This document shows positions 7,565-17,789 of a stretch of 64,000 nt of DNA, piece by piece. The stretch's first letter is position 1. Each line of letters opens with the position of its first letter. A program made the translations under genes and the position numbers. This stretch comes from Mesorhizobium sp. (GTDB lineage Bacteria; Pseudomonadota; Alphaproteobacteria; Rhizobiales; Rhizobiaceae): NCBI GenBank assembly GCA_017306545.1, contig JAFKID010000012.1, forward strand, positions 24,458 to 88,457, written 5' to 3'. The notes under the pieces were generated by a model. The model was not told where the DNA came from. It did not search any database and saw only the letters and a program-made list of their open reading frames with translations.

Positions 7565-9129
7565 CCGTTACCGCTTCCCCTATCCTCTCCGGCACGCCGG
7601 TCGCCCGCTCTGAAGCCGCGCCGGGACGGCGCCACACGGACGGAACCGACGCCTTCCGCACGCTGCTCGACGAACAATCCGCTCCTGCGCAGGCCCGGAC
7701 GGCGGACGGATCGCAGCATGGCTCGCATGCCTCGGAACAGGGCTCAGGGAAGGACACCGTCGTCGGCCGCGATCGCTCGCGCGGCGAACGGGAATTTGCC
7801 GGCGACCGCCATGACAGGACACGCGGTCGGCATACAGATGCCGATGCCGGCCCGGCACAGGAAACGCCGCTGCGCGACAGGCTGCCGCTCCTGGCCAGTT
7901 TGCAGCACCTCTACTCCGCCGGCCAGCAGGACCAGGCCGCCGCGACGGCCGACACAGGCACATCGACCGGTGGCGATCCCACCCGGCCGTCCGCCGCCGA
8001 CGGCCTTGCCGCAGCAAATCTTCAGACGGCAAGTTCCTTGGGCTTCGCACAGCCTGTCGCTGCCCAGGGTCTTTCCGCTACGGCCGCTCAGCCGATTGCC
8101 GGACCGCTGGACATGCACATGAAATCGGCTGGGGTCGAACGAGCCCACGCGGATGCAGGCCCCGATGCCCCGACAATCGCATCGAGGGCGCAACGATCCG
8201 ACAAATCCGATCCGCCTGCGCGGCAGCACGCTTCATCGCAAATGGCAACCAATGCGGCACAGACAGCGGGCGGCATGACCATACAGGTCGCGGCCTCGGT
8301 CCAGGCCCGTCCGGAATTGTCGGGCAGCCTGCGCCAACGCCTGCCGTCCGACGATACGGCCCTGGTTGCCGGGAAACCGGCCGGCGAGGCTGACGCTGCC
8401 GACGCAAAATCCGCCGGCCTTCGTTCCGTGACCCGCGGCGGCGCCTCTCTGCAAGCGGATCGCGGCCGCGAACCGGCTTCCGGCGAGAAAGGCGCGGACC
8501 GCGATGCCGCGCCCGCGCGGGGCGGCGAACGGCGGTCGGACGACATCGCCCGAACCGTGACCGTGACCGCCAGCCAATCCTTCGCCGCGCCGGCCTCGCT
8601 GCCGATGAGCCAGACGACCGCTTCGCTGGTGGCCGCCATCGGCGCCGACAACGGCTTCAGGCAGGCGTTCGCGAACGCGATGCTGCCCTCGACTGTTGCA
8701 ACTTCGGCACACCTGCTTCGGATCGAATTGCATCCCGCGGAACTGGGCTCCGTCACCGCCAGCCTCCGCCTGGCGGGGCAGCAACTGTCAGTTGAGATAA
8801 AGCCGGAGACCCACGAGGCCTATCGGCGGCTGACGGCCGATGCCGACGAAATCAGGAAGTCCCTGGATCGGCTCGGCCTGTCCGTCGACACCGTCACCAT
8901 CCTGCAACCGCAAATCGCAGCCACGGCTGCGACGCGGACCGATATGGCCTCGTCGGCAACCGCCGCGCCCGGCAACGGGCAGGCCTCCGCGCAATCGGGC
9001 GGCACAGGGGGAAACGGCGACGGTTTAGGTGGCCAGCAATCGGGAAGGAACCGCAATGACGGCGGACAAGACAGCGCGCGCGCCGCGCCGGCATCTCGCA
9101 TCCGTTCTGGCGGCGATCTGTTTATTTAG
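7561..9129 (+). CDS. fliK: flagellar hook-length control protein FliK (MotD)
   Basis: 522 aa. A disordered N-terminal two-thirds is followed by a C-terminal Flg_hook-like segment (LLRIELHPAELGSVTASLRLAGQQLSVEIKPETHEA). Confidence 0.8.
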   Translation: MTVTASPILSGTPVARSEAAPGRRHTDGTDAFRTLLDEQSAPAQARTADGSQHGSHASEQGSGKDTVVGRDRSRGEREFAGDRHDRTRGRHTDADAGPAQETPLRDRLPLLASLQHLYSAGQQDQAAATADTGTSTGGDPTRPSAADGLAAANLQTASSLGFAQPVAAQGLSATAAQPIAGPLDMHMKSAGVERAHADAGPDAPTIASRAQRSDKSDPPARQHASSQMATNAAQTAGGMTIQVAASVQARPELSGSLRQRLPSDDTALVAGKPAGEADAADAKSAGLRSVTRGGASLQADRGREPASGEKGADRDAAPARGGERRSDDIARTVTVTASQSFAAPASLPMSQTTASLVAAIGADNGFRQAFANAMLPSTVATSAHLLRIELHPAELGSVTASLRLAGQQLSVEIKPETHEAYRRLTADADEIRKSLDRLGLSVDTVTILQPQIAATAATRTDMASSATAAPGNGQASAQSGGTGGNGDGLGGQQSGRNRNDGGQDSARAAPASRIRSGGDLFI

Positions 9130-9649
9130 CCTCGCGCCGGGTCGTGTTCTCGCCGCCGCCAATCCTTGCGAAGCGGAGATCCTGCGCGCGGCCGATCGCT
9201 ACGGCATCCCCGCCGGTATCCTCTACGCCGTCGGCCTGACGGAAACCGGCAACAAGGGCAGCCTGCAACCCAACGCCTTGAACATAGAAGGAAAAGCCGT
9301 CTTTCCGCGCAGCCGGGCCGAAGCCCTTGCCGACTTCGCAGCCGCCCGCCGCGACGGCAAGACGCTGATCGATCTCGGCTGCATGCAGATCAACCATCAC
9401 TATCACGCCTCGCAGTTCGGCAGCGTTGCCGACATGCTCGATCCGCATCGCAACGTCGACTACGCCGCCCGCTTCCTGGCGGCGCTCCACGCCCGCCACG
9501 AAACCTGGTCGATGGCGGTCGCCCGCTATCACGCCGGCCCCGACAACGATCCCGCGCAAAAAGTCTATGTCTGCCGCGTCATCGCCAACATGGTGGCTGT
9601 CGGCTTCGGCAAGTGGACGGCCAACGCCCGCACTTTCTGCAAACCATAG
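9056..9649 (+). CDS. SLT-domain lytic transglycosylase of the flagellar cluster
   Basis: Signal peptide, then an SLT-like core (ILYAVGLTETG...GCMQINHHYH...RYHAGPDN). The ATG at 9056 is preceded by GGAAGGA and overlaps the fliK 3' end by 74 nt. The start is uncertain. Confidence 0.8.
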   Translation: MTADKTARAPRRHLASVLAAICLFSLAPGRVLAAANPCEAEILRAADRYGIPAGILYAVGLTETGNKGSLQPNALNIEGKAVFPRSRAEALADFAAARRDGKTLIDLGCMQINHHYHASQFGSVADMLDPHRNVDYAARFLAALHARHETWSMAVARYHAGPDNDPAQKVYVCRVIANMVAVGFGKWTANARTFCKP

Positions 9650-9861
9650 ATTGCATCCGGCTCCTCCGGCGCATGGCGGTCTCCGTGCCACCGCATGTTC
9701 GTGCCGGAGACGGCAATCGAAAACCCCGCCCGCGCGGCGATGCAACCATCGCGATTCTCGACTCCCAAAAAACCATCCGCAAAATTTGAGGTTGGTCACG
9801 ATTCCCGGCTGCGATTACCCCTTGTTGCAACGGGGCATAAAAATTGATTCGGGGGCGGCCG

Positions 9862-10530
9862 ATGATCGTGATCGTTGACGAGCGCGAGCTTGTGACGGAG
9901 GGGTATCACTCCCTCTTCGACAGGGAAGGTGTGGCGAGCGCGGGCTTCGCGCCCGGCGAGTTCGGCGAATGGGTCGAAAGCGCCCCGGAAGACGATCTCA
10001 AATCGGTTCGCGCTTTCCTGATCGGCGACTGCCGCGATGGGGCGGTTTCGCCGCGCCAGATCCGCGACCGCACCGGCGCTCCGGTGATCGCGCTGAGCGA
10101 ACAGAACTCGCTGGAAAACACGCTGCGCCTGTTCGAATCGGGTGTCGACGACGTCGTGCGCAAACCCGTGCACATCCGTGAAATCCTGGCCCGCATCGCC
10201 GCCATCCGCCGCCGCGCGCAGGACGAGAACGCCTTCACCGAGATCGGTGCCATGCGCATCTTCATGGACGGCCGCGACCCTGAAATCGACGGCGTGCCGA
10301 TGCCGCTGCCGCGCCGCGAGCGCCGCATCCTCGAATATCTTGCGGCCAATCGCGGCCGCCGCGTCACCAAGACCCAGGTCTTCAACGCCATTTACGGCAT
10401 CTTCGACGAAGAGGTCGAGGAGAACGTCGTCGAAAGCCACATCAGCAAGCTGCGCAAGAAACTGCGCGAGCGGCTGGGACACGATCCAGTCGATTCCAAG
10501 CGCTTCCTGGGCTACAGGCTGGTCGCCTGA
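9862..10530 (+). CDS. rem: OmpR-family response regulator, Rem/FtcR-type flagellar regulator
   Basis: Receiver domain plus winged-helix domain ([10 protein letters not shown]...[12 protein letters not shown]...RFLGYRL). The position between the transglycosylase and flgE matches rem (Sinorhizobium) and ftcR (Brucella). No kinase gene is adjacent. Confidence 0.75.
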   Translation: MIVIVDERELVTEGYHSLFDREGVASAGFAPGEFGEWVESAPEDDLKSVRAFLIGDCRDGAVSPRQIRDRTGAPVIALSEQNSLENTLRLFESGVDDVVRKPVHIREILARIAAIRRRAQDENAFTEIGAMRIFMDGRDPEIDGVPMPLPRRERRILEYLAANRGRRVTKTQVFNAIYGIFDEEVEENVVESHISKLRKKLRERLGHDPVDSKRFLGYRLVA

Positions 10531-10633
10531 TGCGCCGGTCCGAGCCTGCGAGAAGCCTCGTCCCCGCCAGCCTCGCGCAAGACACGGCCCGTATCCTGAG
10601 GCCCGGTCTTTTGCGGCTTGAGGAGACGTTTCG

Positions 10634-11890
10634 ATGAGCTTGTATGGAATGATGCGAACCGGCGTTTCCGGCATGAACGCCCAGGCCAACCGCCTGTCCA
10701 CCGTCGCCGACAACATCGCCAACGCCGACACCACCGGCTACAAGCGGTCCTCCACCGAATTTTCCACGCTGGTGATGCCGACCACCGGCGGCGCCTACAA
10801 TTCGGGCGGCGTCACCACCACGGTCCACTCCTCGATCTCCTCGCAAGGCGTGTTGCAATACACCACCTCCGTGTCTGACCTCGCCGTCAACGGCGACGGC
10901 TTCTTCGTCGTGCAGGACGCCAGCGGAACGCCCTATCTCACCCGCGCCGGCGCCTTCGTGCCGGATGCCGACGGCAAGCTCGTCAACGCGGCCGGCTTCC
11001 AGCTCATGGCCTACAGCTACCAGAACGGCGTCCCCGCCGCCACGGTGAACGGCTTCCAGGGCCTCGTGCCCGTTACCATCTCGGACCAGGGCATGACGGC
11101 GACGCCTTCAACTGAAGGCAGCTTCACCGCCAACCTGCCCGCTTCCGCGACCCCGGTCGCGGCCGGCGACCTGCCCTCCACCAACAGCGCAACGGCCCAA
11201 TACACGGCCAAATCCTCGCTGGTTTCCTATGACAACCTGGGCAACAAGGTGCTGCTCGACGTCTACTTCACCAACACCGGCGCCGGCAGCTGGCAGGTTT
11301 CGGTGTTCGACCAGTCGAAGGCGACGCCCGGCACGTCCTTCCCCTATACCGGCGGCGCGCTCGGCTCGGCGAACCTGACCTTCGACAACACCACCGGCAA
11401 GCTCACCGGCGCCACCAACAGCGTCTCCTTCACCGTGCCGAATGGCGCGCCCATGACGCTCGACCTGTCGACGTTGACTCAGCTCGGGACCGGCTACACG
11501 CCGGGCGACGCGCACGTCAACGGCAACGCGCCCAGCACCATCAACAAGGTCGAGATCAGCAAGGACGGCACCATCTACGCCAGCTACAAGGACGGTTCCT
11601 CCAAGGCGCTCTACAAGATCCCGCTGGCCGACGTGACCAGCCCCGACCAGCTCTCCGCACTCGCCGGCAACGTCTACGCCCAAAGCTCGGAATCCGGCGC
11701 CGTCAAGATCGGCTTCGCCAACGAAGGCAAGCTCGGCGCCGTCATTTCCGGCGCGCTGGAGAATTCCGACGTCGACATCGCCGAGGAACTGACCAGCATG
11801 ATCGCGGCGCAGCGCAGCTACACCGCCAATTCCAAAGTATTCCAGACGGGTTCCGACCTGATGGATGTCCTTGTCAACCTGAAGAGATGA
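10634..11890 (+). CDS. flgE: flagellar hook protein FlgE
   Basis: N-terminal MSLYGMMRTGVSGMNAQANRLSTVADNIANADTTGYK and a C-terminal ALENSDVDIAEELTSMIAAQRSYTANSKV rod/hook signature. Confidence 0.95.
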   Translation: MSLYGMMRTGVSGMNAQANRLSTVADNIANADTTGYKRSSTEFSTLVMPTTGGAYNSGGVTTTVHSSISSQGVLQYTTSVSDLAVNGDGFFVVQDASGTPYLTRAGAFVPDADGKLVNAAGFQLMAYSYQNGVPAATVNGFQGLVPVTISDQGMTATPSTEGSFTANLPASATPVAAGDLPSTNSATAQYTAKSSLVSYDNLGNKVLLDVYFTNTGAGSWQVSVFDQSKATPGTSFPYTGGALGSANLTFDNTTGKLTGATNSVSFTVPNGAPMTLDLSTLTQLGTGYTPGDAHVNGNAPSTINKVEISKDGTIYASYKDGSSKALYKIPLADVTSPDQLSALAGNVYAQSSESGAVKIGFANEGKLGAVISGALENSDVDIAEELTSMIAAQRSYTANSKVFQTGSDLMDVLVNLKR

Positions 11891-11930
11891 GTGGAGGCCG
11901 CGGCGCGGCACCTGAAAGTCAGCAAGAACA

Positions 11931-13385
11931 ATGTCACTGTCATCCGCACTAAGCATCGCACAGTCGTCGCTACAGACCACCTCGCGCCAGACGGCCGTCG
12001 TCTCCCGCAACGTCGCGGATGCCTCGAACCCGGACTACGCGCGCCGCATAGTCCACGTCGTCTCGACCGATCCCGGTGCGCGCGCCGCCCAGATACAGCG
12101 TGCCACCAACGATCAGCTTTTCCGCCAGAACCTCGGCGCGCTGTCGGCCTGGGCGGGCCAGAGCGCGCTCTATGACGGACTCGATCAGCTCGACCTCGCC
12201 GTCAACGGCGTCGACAACGCCTCCTCCGCCTCGGCCGCCATCGGCGACCTGCAACAAGCATTGCAGCTCTACGCCACCTCGCCGTCCAACCAGAACCTCG
12301 GCACCGCCGTCATCGACGCCGCGCGCCAGGTGGTCCGCTCGCTCAACGACGGCACCGACGCCATCCAGAAATTCCGCACCGACACCGACGGGCAGATCGC
12401 CACCGCCGTGGGCGAATTGAATGGCTTGCTGGCCCAGTTCAAGGACGCCAACACCGCCGTCGTTTCCGGCTCGCGTTCCGGGACGGACGTGTCCGATGCG
12501 CTCGACCAGCGCGACGCGCTGCTGAAGAAGATCGCCGAGTACGTGCCAGTCTCGACGGTCACGCGCGCCGACAACGACATGGTCATCACCACCGCCGACG
12601 GCACGACGCTGTTCGAGACGATCCCGCGCTCGGTCAGCTTCCAGCCGCAAGCCGGGTACACGGCCGGCGTCCAGGGCAACGCCGTCTATATCGACAACGT
12701 GCCCCTGGCTGCCGGCACCGGCGGCAACACCGACGCCGGCGGCAAGCTGGCGGGGCTGGTGCAATTGCGCGACGGCGTCACCGGCACCATGCAGGCCCAG
12801 CTCGACGAGATCGCGCGCGGCCTGATCACCGCCTTTGCCGAGACGGCGCCGGCCCAGCCCAATGCGGCCGGCCTGTTCACCTGGTCCGGCGCACCGGCGA
12901 TTCCCGCCGCCGGCACGCTGGTCAACGGGCTTGCAGGGCAGATCCGCATCAACAGCGCCATGGACCCCAGCGCCGGCGGCGACGTTACGTTGCTGCGCGA
13001 CGGCGGTGCCAACGGCGCGGCCTATATGGCCAACACCACCGGCGGCGCCTCCTACGCCGATCTGCTGATCGCCTATGGCAACAAGCTGAACGAACCGATG
13101 GCCTTCAGTCCGGCCGCCGGCATCAACGCCAGCGTCAGCGTGAGCGCCTATTCGGCCAGCGCCATCGGCTGGTTCGAGGGCGTGCGCAAGCAAGCGTCCA
13201 CCGCCGCCGACGCCAAGGAGGCGCTGTCTACGCGCACCGCCGAGGCACTCTCCAACAAAACCGGCGTCAACGTCGACACCGAACTGTCGCTGCTGCTCGA
13301 CCTGGAACACACCTATCAGGCTTCGGCGCGTATCCTGACCAGCGTCAACCAGATGCTCGATTCCTTGATGGAAGCGGTAAGGTAA
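11931..13385 (+). CDS. flgK: flagellar hook-associated protein FlgK
   Basis: 484 aa. The N-terminal MSLSSALSIAQSSLQ...NVADASNPDY and the C-terminal LLDLEHTYQASARIL are typical HAP1 termini. Confidence 0.9.
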   Translation: MSLSSALSIAQSSLQTTSRQTAVVSRNVADASNPDYARRIVHVVSTDPGARAAQIQRATNDQLFRQNLGALSAWAGQSALYDGLDQLDLAVNGVDNASSASAAIGDLQQALQLYATSPSNQNLGTAVIDAARQVVRSLNDGTDAIQKFRTDTDGQIATAVGELNGLLAQFKDANTAVVSGSRSGTDVSDALDQRDALLKKIAEYVPVSTVTRADNDMVITTADGTTLFETIPRSVSFQPQAGYTAGVQGNAVYIDNVPLAAGTGGNTDAGGKLAGLVQLRDGVTGTMQAQLDEIARGLITAFAETAPAQPNAAGLFTWSGAPAIPAAGTLVNGLAGQIRINSAMDPSAGGDVTLLRDGGANGAAYMANTTGGASYADLLIAYGNKLNEPMAFSPAAGINASVSVSAYSASAIGWFEGVRKQASTAADAKEALSTRTAEALSNKTGVNVDTELSLLLDLEHTYQASARILTSVNQMLDSLMEAVR

Positions 13386-13389
13386 GATC

Positions 13390-14442
13390 ATGAAGACGAC
13401 CGCCGTTTCCTCAGCCGCCATTTCCAACGCCATGCGCTACTCGCAGTCGCGCATGCAGGTCGATCTGGTCAAGGCGCAGAAGGAAATGGACACCGGCCGC
13501 GTCGCCGATGTCGGCCTCGCGCTCGGCTCGCGCACGACACAGTCGATAACCTTCGCGCGCGATCTCGACCGGTTGAACGGCATCGTCGATTCCAACGCGC
13601 TCGTGACCTCCAGGCTGTCCTCGACGCAGGATGCGCTCGGCCAGCTGACCGACGCCGCCCAGGCCTTGCTCGGCGCCATGGCGACGGCCTCCTCCGGCGA
13701 CATGACCGACGCGGTCGCCCGCGACAGCGGCAAGGCGGCGCTGCAATCGCTGACGGCGATCCTCAACACCTCCGTCAACGGCGAGTATCTGTTCGCCGGC
13801 ACCAATACCGACGTCAAGCCGATCAACGATTTTACCGCGGCGGGCTCGCCGGCCAAGGCCGCGCTGGACGCTGCCTTCCTCGCCCGTTTCGGCTTCACGC
13901 AGACCGATCCTGCGGCGGCGAACGTCACCGCCGCCGACATGGACAATTTCATCACCAACGACGTGATGCCGCAATTCTTCGGCTCCGGCTGGCAGGCCAA
14001 CTGGTCGAACGCCACCGGCCAGCAGATCGTCAGCCGCATCGCCCTCAACGAGACGACGGAAACCTCCATCACCGCCAACAACGACGGCGTCAAGAAGCTC
14101 GCCATGGCCGCCGCCATGGTAAACGATTTCTTCTCGTCCTCGACGCTAAGCTCCGAAGCCAAGCGCACGGCCGCCTCGCGCGCGCTTTCGCTGGCCGGCG
14201 AAGCGGTGAGCGATCTCGGCCAGACCCAGTCGCAGGCCGGCCTCATCCAGAAGCGCGTCTCGGACGCGACGGACCGCATGAACACGCAGGTCGACCTCTT
14301 CAAGAAGCACATTCTCGATATCGAGGGCGTCGATCCCTACGAGGCGGCCAACCGCGTCAACGACCTCATGTCGCACATCCAGACCTCTTTCGCGCTTACC
14401 GCGCGCATCCAGCAGCTCAGCCTGCTCAACTTCCTGACCTGA
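13390..14442 (+). CDS. flgL: flagellar hook-associated protein FlgL
   Basis: 350 aa with flagellin-like termini. It lies directly after flgK. Confidence 0.85.
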   Translation: MKTTAVSSAAISNAMRYSQSRMQVDLVKAQKEMDTGRVADVGLALGSRTTQSITFARDLDRLNGIVDSNALVTSRLSSTQDALGQLTDAAQALLGAMATASSGDMTDAVARDSGKAALQSLTAILNTSVNGEYLFAGTNTDVKPINDFTAAGSPAKAALDAAFLARFGFTQTDPAAANVTAADMDNFITNDVMPQFFGSGWQANWSNATGQQIVSRIALNETTETSITANNDGVKKLAMAAAMVNDFFSSSTLSSEAKRTAASRALSLAGEAVSDLGQTQSQAGLIQKRVSDATDRMNTQVDLFKKHILDIEGVDPYEAANRVNDLMSHIQTSFALTARIQQLSLLNFLT

Positions 14443-14461
14443 ACCACGGATCAGCGCCGCG

Positions 14462-14809
14462 ATGTACCAATTCTCTTACGCCGACATCCAGACCGACTCC
14501 GTGGCGGACGCGAAGGAGCGCGAGCGCCAGCTCCTCGACCGTTCGATCGAGTTGCTGACCGAAGCCGCCGCCGCCGGCTCACAATCCATGCAGGCGATCG
14601 AGGCGCTGCATTTCACCAACCGCCTGTGGACGAACTTCGTCGAGGACCTGGGCTCCGGCGACAACGCGCTGCCCAAGGAGCTGCGCGCCAACCTGATCTC
14701 CATCGGCCTGTGGCTGCTGCGCGAGGCGGAGGATATCCGCCAGGGCCGCACCGAAAGCTTCGAAGGCCTGATCGAAGTCTCGCAGATCATCCGGGGCGGC
14801 ATCCAATGA
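14462..14809 (+). CDS. flaF: flagellin synthesis regulator FlaF
   Basis: 115 aa with the conserved FlaF core (ALHFTNRLWTNFVEDL...LRANLISIGLWLLREAE). Confidence 0.85.
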   Translation: MYQFSYADIQTDSVADAKERERQLLDRSIELLTEAAAAGSQSMQAIEALHFTNRLWTNFVEDLGSGDNALPKELRANLISIGLWLLREAEDIRQGRTESFEGLIEVSQIIRGGIQ

Positions 14810-15240
14810 CGAACACGCTCAAGCTGTCGTTGAAGGCGAACGAGAAGATCTACCTGAACGGAGCGGTGATCCGCGTCGACCGCAAGGTCACGCTCGAATT
14901 GATGAACGACGTTCAGTTCCTGCTGGAAAGCCATGTGCTGCAGCCCGAGAACGCCTCGACGCCGCTCAAGCAGCTTTATTTCATCGTCCAGGTGATGCTG
15001 ATGAACCCGCAGGGCGCGTCCGACGCGCGCGAGATGTTCCGCCGCTCGCTGCCGCTGCTGCTCGCTTCCTTCCACAACGAGCAGATCCGCGGCACCCTCA
15101 AGCATGTCGACCAGATGGTCGCCGAAGGCGAGGTTTTCGAGGCGTTGAAGGCCATCCGCTCGCTCTACGCGGTCGAGCGCGCGGTGCTCGGCGCCGGCGA
15201 AGAGGAAATCGCGGCGCGGCCGCTGGCAGTTGGAGCCTGA
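14806..15240 (+). CDS. flbT: flagellin translational regulator FlbT
   Basis: 144 aa counted from the ATG that overlaps the flaF stop (ATGA). The N-terminus LKLSLKANEKIYLNGAVIRVDRKV is FlbT-like. Confidence 0.85.
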   Translation: MTNTLKLSLKANEKIYLNGAVIRVDRKVTLELMNDVQFLLESHVLQPENASTPLKQLYFIVQVMLMNPQGASDAREMFRRSLPLLLASFHNEQIRGTLKHVDQMVAEGEVFEALKAIRSLYAVERAVLGAGEEEIAARPLAVGA

Positions 15241-15653
15241 TGACCATGAACGTCGATATGACCACCACCTTGCCGGCGACGGCGAGCCAGGCGACGCCGA
15301 AGTCGAAGGCGTCGGTCGATTACCAGTCCTTCCTGAAACTGCTCATCGCCCAGATGAAGAACCAGGACCCGACGCAGCCGATGGATTCGACCCAGTATGT
15401 CGCCCAGTTGGCCACCTTCTCGCAGGTCGAACAGTCGGTGCAGATGAACACCAAGCTGGACAGCATGCTGCAATCGTCGGCTCTGGCGCAGGCCGACGCC
15501 ATCATCGGCCACACCATCACCTCCGCCGACGGCAAGACGACCGGCACCGTGTCGGAAGTGAAGCTGACCGCGAGCGGTTTGACCGCCGTGTTGAACGGGG
15601 GCGGCGAGATCGCCGTCGGTCCGGGCGTGACGGTCGGGCCGGTCGCAGCCTAA
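15240..15653 (+). CDS. flgD: flagellar hook capping protein FlgD
   Basis: 137 aa with the conserved FLKLLIAQMKNQDPTQPMDSTQYVAQLATFSQVEQ motif. The start overlaps the flbT stop. Confidence 0.82.
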   Translation: MTMNVDMTTTLPATASQATPKSKASVDYQSFLKLLIAQMKNQDPTQPMDSTQYVAQLATFSQVEQSVQMNTKLDSMLQSSALAQADAIIGHTITSADGKTTGTVSEVKLTASGLTAVLNGGGEIAVGPGVTVGPVAA

Positions 15654-15685
15654 GATCGGCAGCAAACGGAAGCCAGGCTGGCGCC

Positions 15686-15952
15686 ATGAACGAAGCCGAC
15701 GCCCTCGATCTCGTGCAGTTCGCGGTGTGGACCGTGCTCACCGCCTCCGCGCCGGTTGTGCTGGTCGCCATGGTGGTCGGCATCGGCATCGCGCTCATCC
15801 AGGCGCTGACGCAGGTTCAGGAAATCACCCTGACTTTCGTACCGAAGATCGTCGCCATCATGCTCGTCGTCGCGCTGACCGGCCCCTTCATCGGCGGCCA
15901 GATATCGGCGTTCACCAACGTCATCTTCGAGCGCATCCAGACCAGTTTCTAA
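15686..15952 (+). CDS. fliQ: flagellar export apparatus protein FliQ
   Basis: 88 aa with two TM segments. IALIQALTQVQEITLTFVPKI is the FliQ signature. Confidence 0.9.
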   Translation: MNEADALDLVQFAVWTVLTASAPVVLVAMVVGIGIALIQALTQVQEITLTFVPKIVAIMLVVALTGPFIGGQISAFTNVIFERIQTSF

Positions 15953-16076
15953 AAACGCGGCGTTAAATTTGCCGCTTTAGCGGCTGGCCCATGATCTTTC
16001 TTCCAAAGGCGGTCGCCTTTTGCGCAGTCTCGTCTAACTTTTCCGGCACGGGCACAACCGGGCGACAGGACAGCAC

Positions 16077-17735
16077 ATGCCGCATCACGGCGAGGCAGTA
16101 ATCGAGGACGAACCGGAGGCGGAACGCGCCTCCGCGCTGGCGCCTTTCCGCTATCCCATCTTCCGCGCCGTCTGGAGCGCCAACCTCGTTTCCAATTTCG
16201 GCGGTCTGATCCAGGGCGTCGGCGCCGCCTGGATGATGACGTCGATCGCCACCTCTTCCTATCAGGTGGCGCTGGTGCAGGCCTCCACGACGCTGCCGAT
16301 CATGCTGTTCGCGCTGGTCGCCGGCGCCATCGCCGACGGCTTCGACCGCCGCAAGGTGATGCTGACGGCGCAGAGCTTCATGCTGGTCGTCTCGGTGCTG
16401 CTCGCCGTTTTCACCTATCTCGGCCTGATGACGCCCTGGACGCTGCTCGCCTTCACCTTCCTGATCGACTGCGGCACGGCGCTCAACAGCCCGTCCTGGC
16501 AGGCCTCGGTGGGCGATATGGTGCCGCGCGCCAAGGTGCCGGCGGCGGTGGCGCTCAATTCCATGGGCTTCAACATCACCCGCAGCGTCGGGCCGGCCAT
16601 CGGCGGCATCATCGTCGCGGCCTTCGGCCCGGCGGCAGCCTTCGCCGTCAACGCGCTGAGCTATATCGGCCTTGTGACCGTGATGGCGCGCTGGAAACGC
16701 GACGAACCGGCCTCGCCCCTGCCGCGCGAATCACTGGGCGCTGCCATGGGCGCCGGCCTGCGCTACGTCGCCATGTCGCCCAACATCGGCAAGGTGCTGG
16801 CGCGGGGTGCGGCCTTCGGCGCCACCAGCGGCGCGGTGCTGGCCCTGCTGCCGCTGGTGGCACGCGACGTCGTCAAGGGCGATGCGCTCACCTACGGCAT
16901 CATGCTCGGCGCTTTCGGGGTCGGCGCCGTTTGCGGCGCGCTGACATCCATGCGGCTACGCCAGATGCTGTCGAGCGAGACGATGGTGCGCGCCGCCTTC
17001 GCCGGCTTCGCCTTGTGTTCGCTCGATTGCGCGCTGAGCACCCATGCCTGGCTGACGGCGATCGGCCTCGCGGTCGGCGGCGCCTGCTGGGTGATCGCGC
17101 TGTCGCATTTCAACACGACGGTGCAGATGTCGACGCCGCGCTGGGTGGTCGGCCGGGTGCTGTCGATCTACCAGATGGCGACCTTCGGCGGCATCGCGCT
17201 CGGAAGCTGGATCTGGGGCGTCGTGGCAGACAGCCATGGCGCGCCGGCGGCGCTGATCGCCGCGGCGGTCGCCATGCTGGCCGGCGGCGCCCTCGGCGTC
17301 CTCCTGCCGCTGCCGCAGCACACGCCGCTCAACCTCGACCCGCTCAACCGCTTCCGCGAGCCGGCGCTGGCGCTCGACCTGCAACCACGCAGCGGCCCGA
17401 TCGCCATCATGATTGAGTTCATCATCCGCGAAGACGACGTGCCCGAATTCCTCGCTTTGATGACGGAACGCGGCCGCATCCGCCGTCGCGACGGTGCCCG
17501 CAACTGGGTGATCGCGCGCGACCTCGAACACCCGGACGTCTGGCTGGAAACCTATCACACGCCGACCTGGCTCGATTACATCCGCCATAACACCCGCATC
17601 ACCCAGGCGGACGCCGCCATCACCGAGCGCATCCGCGAACTGCATGTCGGGCCGGACCAGCCCCGCGTGCGCCGCTGGATCGAGCGCCCGACCAGCACCG
17701 TCACCGGCGTCGCCAAGAAGCGGCAGGAACATTAA
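16077..17735 (+). CDS. MFS transporter (MFS_3/EntS-like) with about 130-aa soluble C-terminal domain
   Basis: 552 aa. N-terminal FRYPIFRAVWSANLVSNFGGLIQGVGAAWMM, about 12 TM segments, then a non-membrane tail from about residue 420. Confidence 0.88.
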   Translation: MPHHGEAVIEDEPEAERASALAPFRYPIFRAVWSANLVSNFGGLIQGVGAAWMMTSIATSSYQVALVQASTTLPIMLFALVAGAIADGFDRRKVMLTAQSFMLVVSVLLAVFTYLGLMTPWTLLAFTFLIDCGTALNSPSWQASVGDMVPRAKVPAAVALNSMGFNITRSVGPAIGGIIVAAFGPAAAFAVNALSYIGLVTVMARWKRDEPASPLPRESLGAAMGAGLRYVAMSPNIGKVLARGAAFGATSGAVLALLPLVARDVVKGDALTYGIMLGAFGVGAVCGALTSMRLRQMLSSETMVRAAFAGFALCSLDCALSTHAWLTAIGLAVGGACWVIALSHFNTTVQMSTPRWVVGRVLSIYQMATFGGIALGSWIWGVVADSHGAPAALIAAAVAMLAGGALGVLLPLPQHTPLNLDPLNRFREPALALDLQPRSGPIAIMIEFIIREDDVPEFLALMTERGRIRRRDGARNWVIARDLEHPDVWLETYHTPTWLDYIRHNTRITQADAAITERIRELHVGPDQPRVRRWIERPTSTVTGVAKKRQEH

Positions 17736-17789
17736 GCCGGCGGCGCATCGCGATTTGCATCGCGGGTCCGCCGCCGCTACCCTGCCGAC

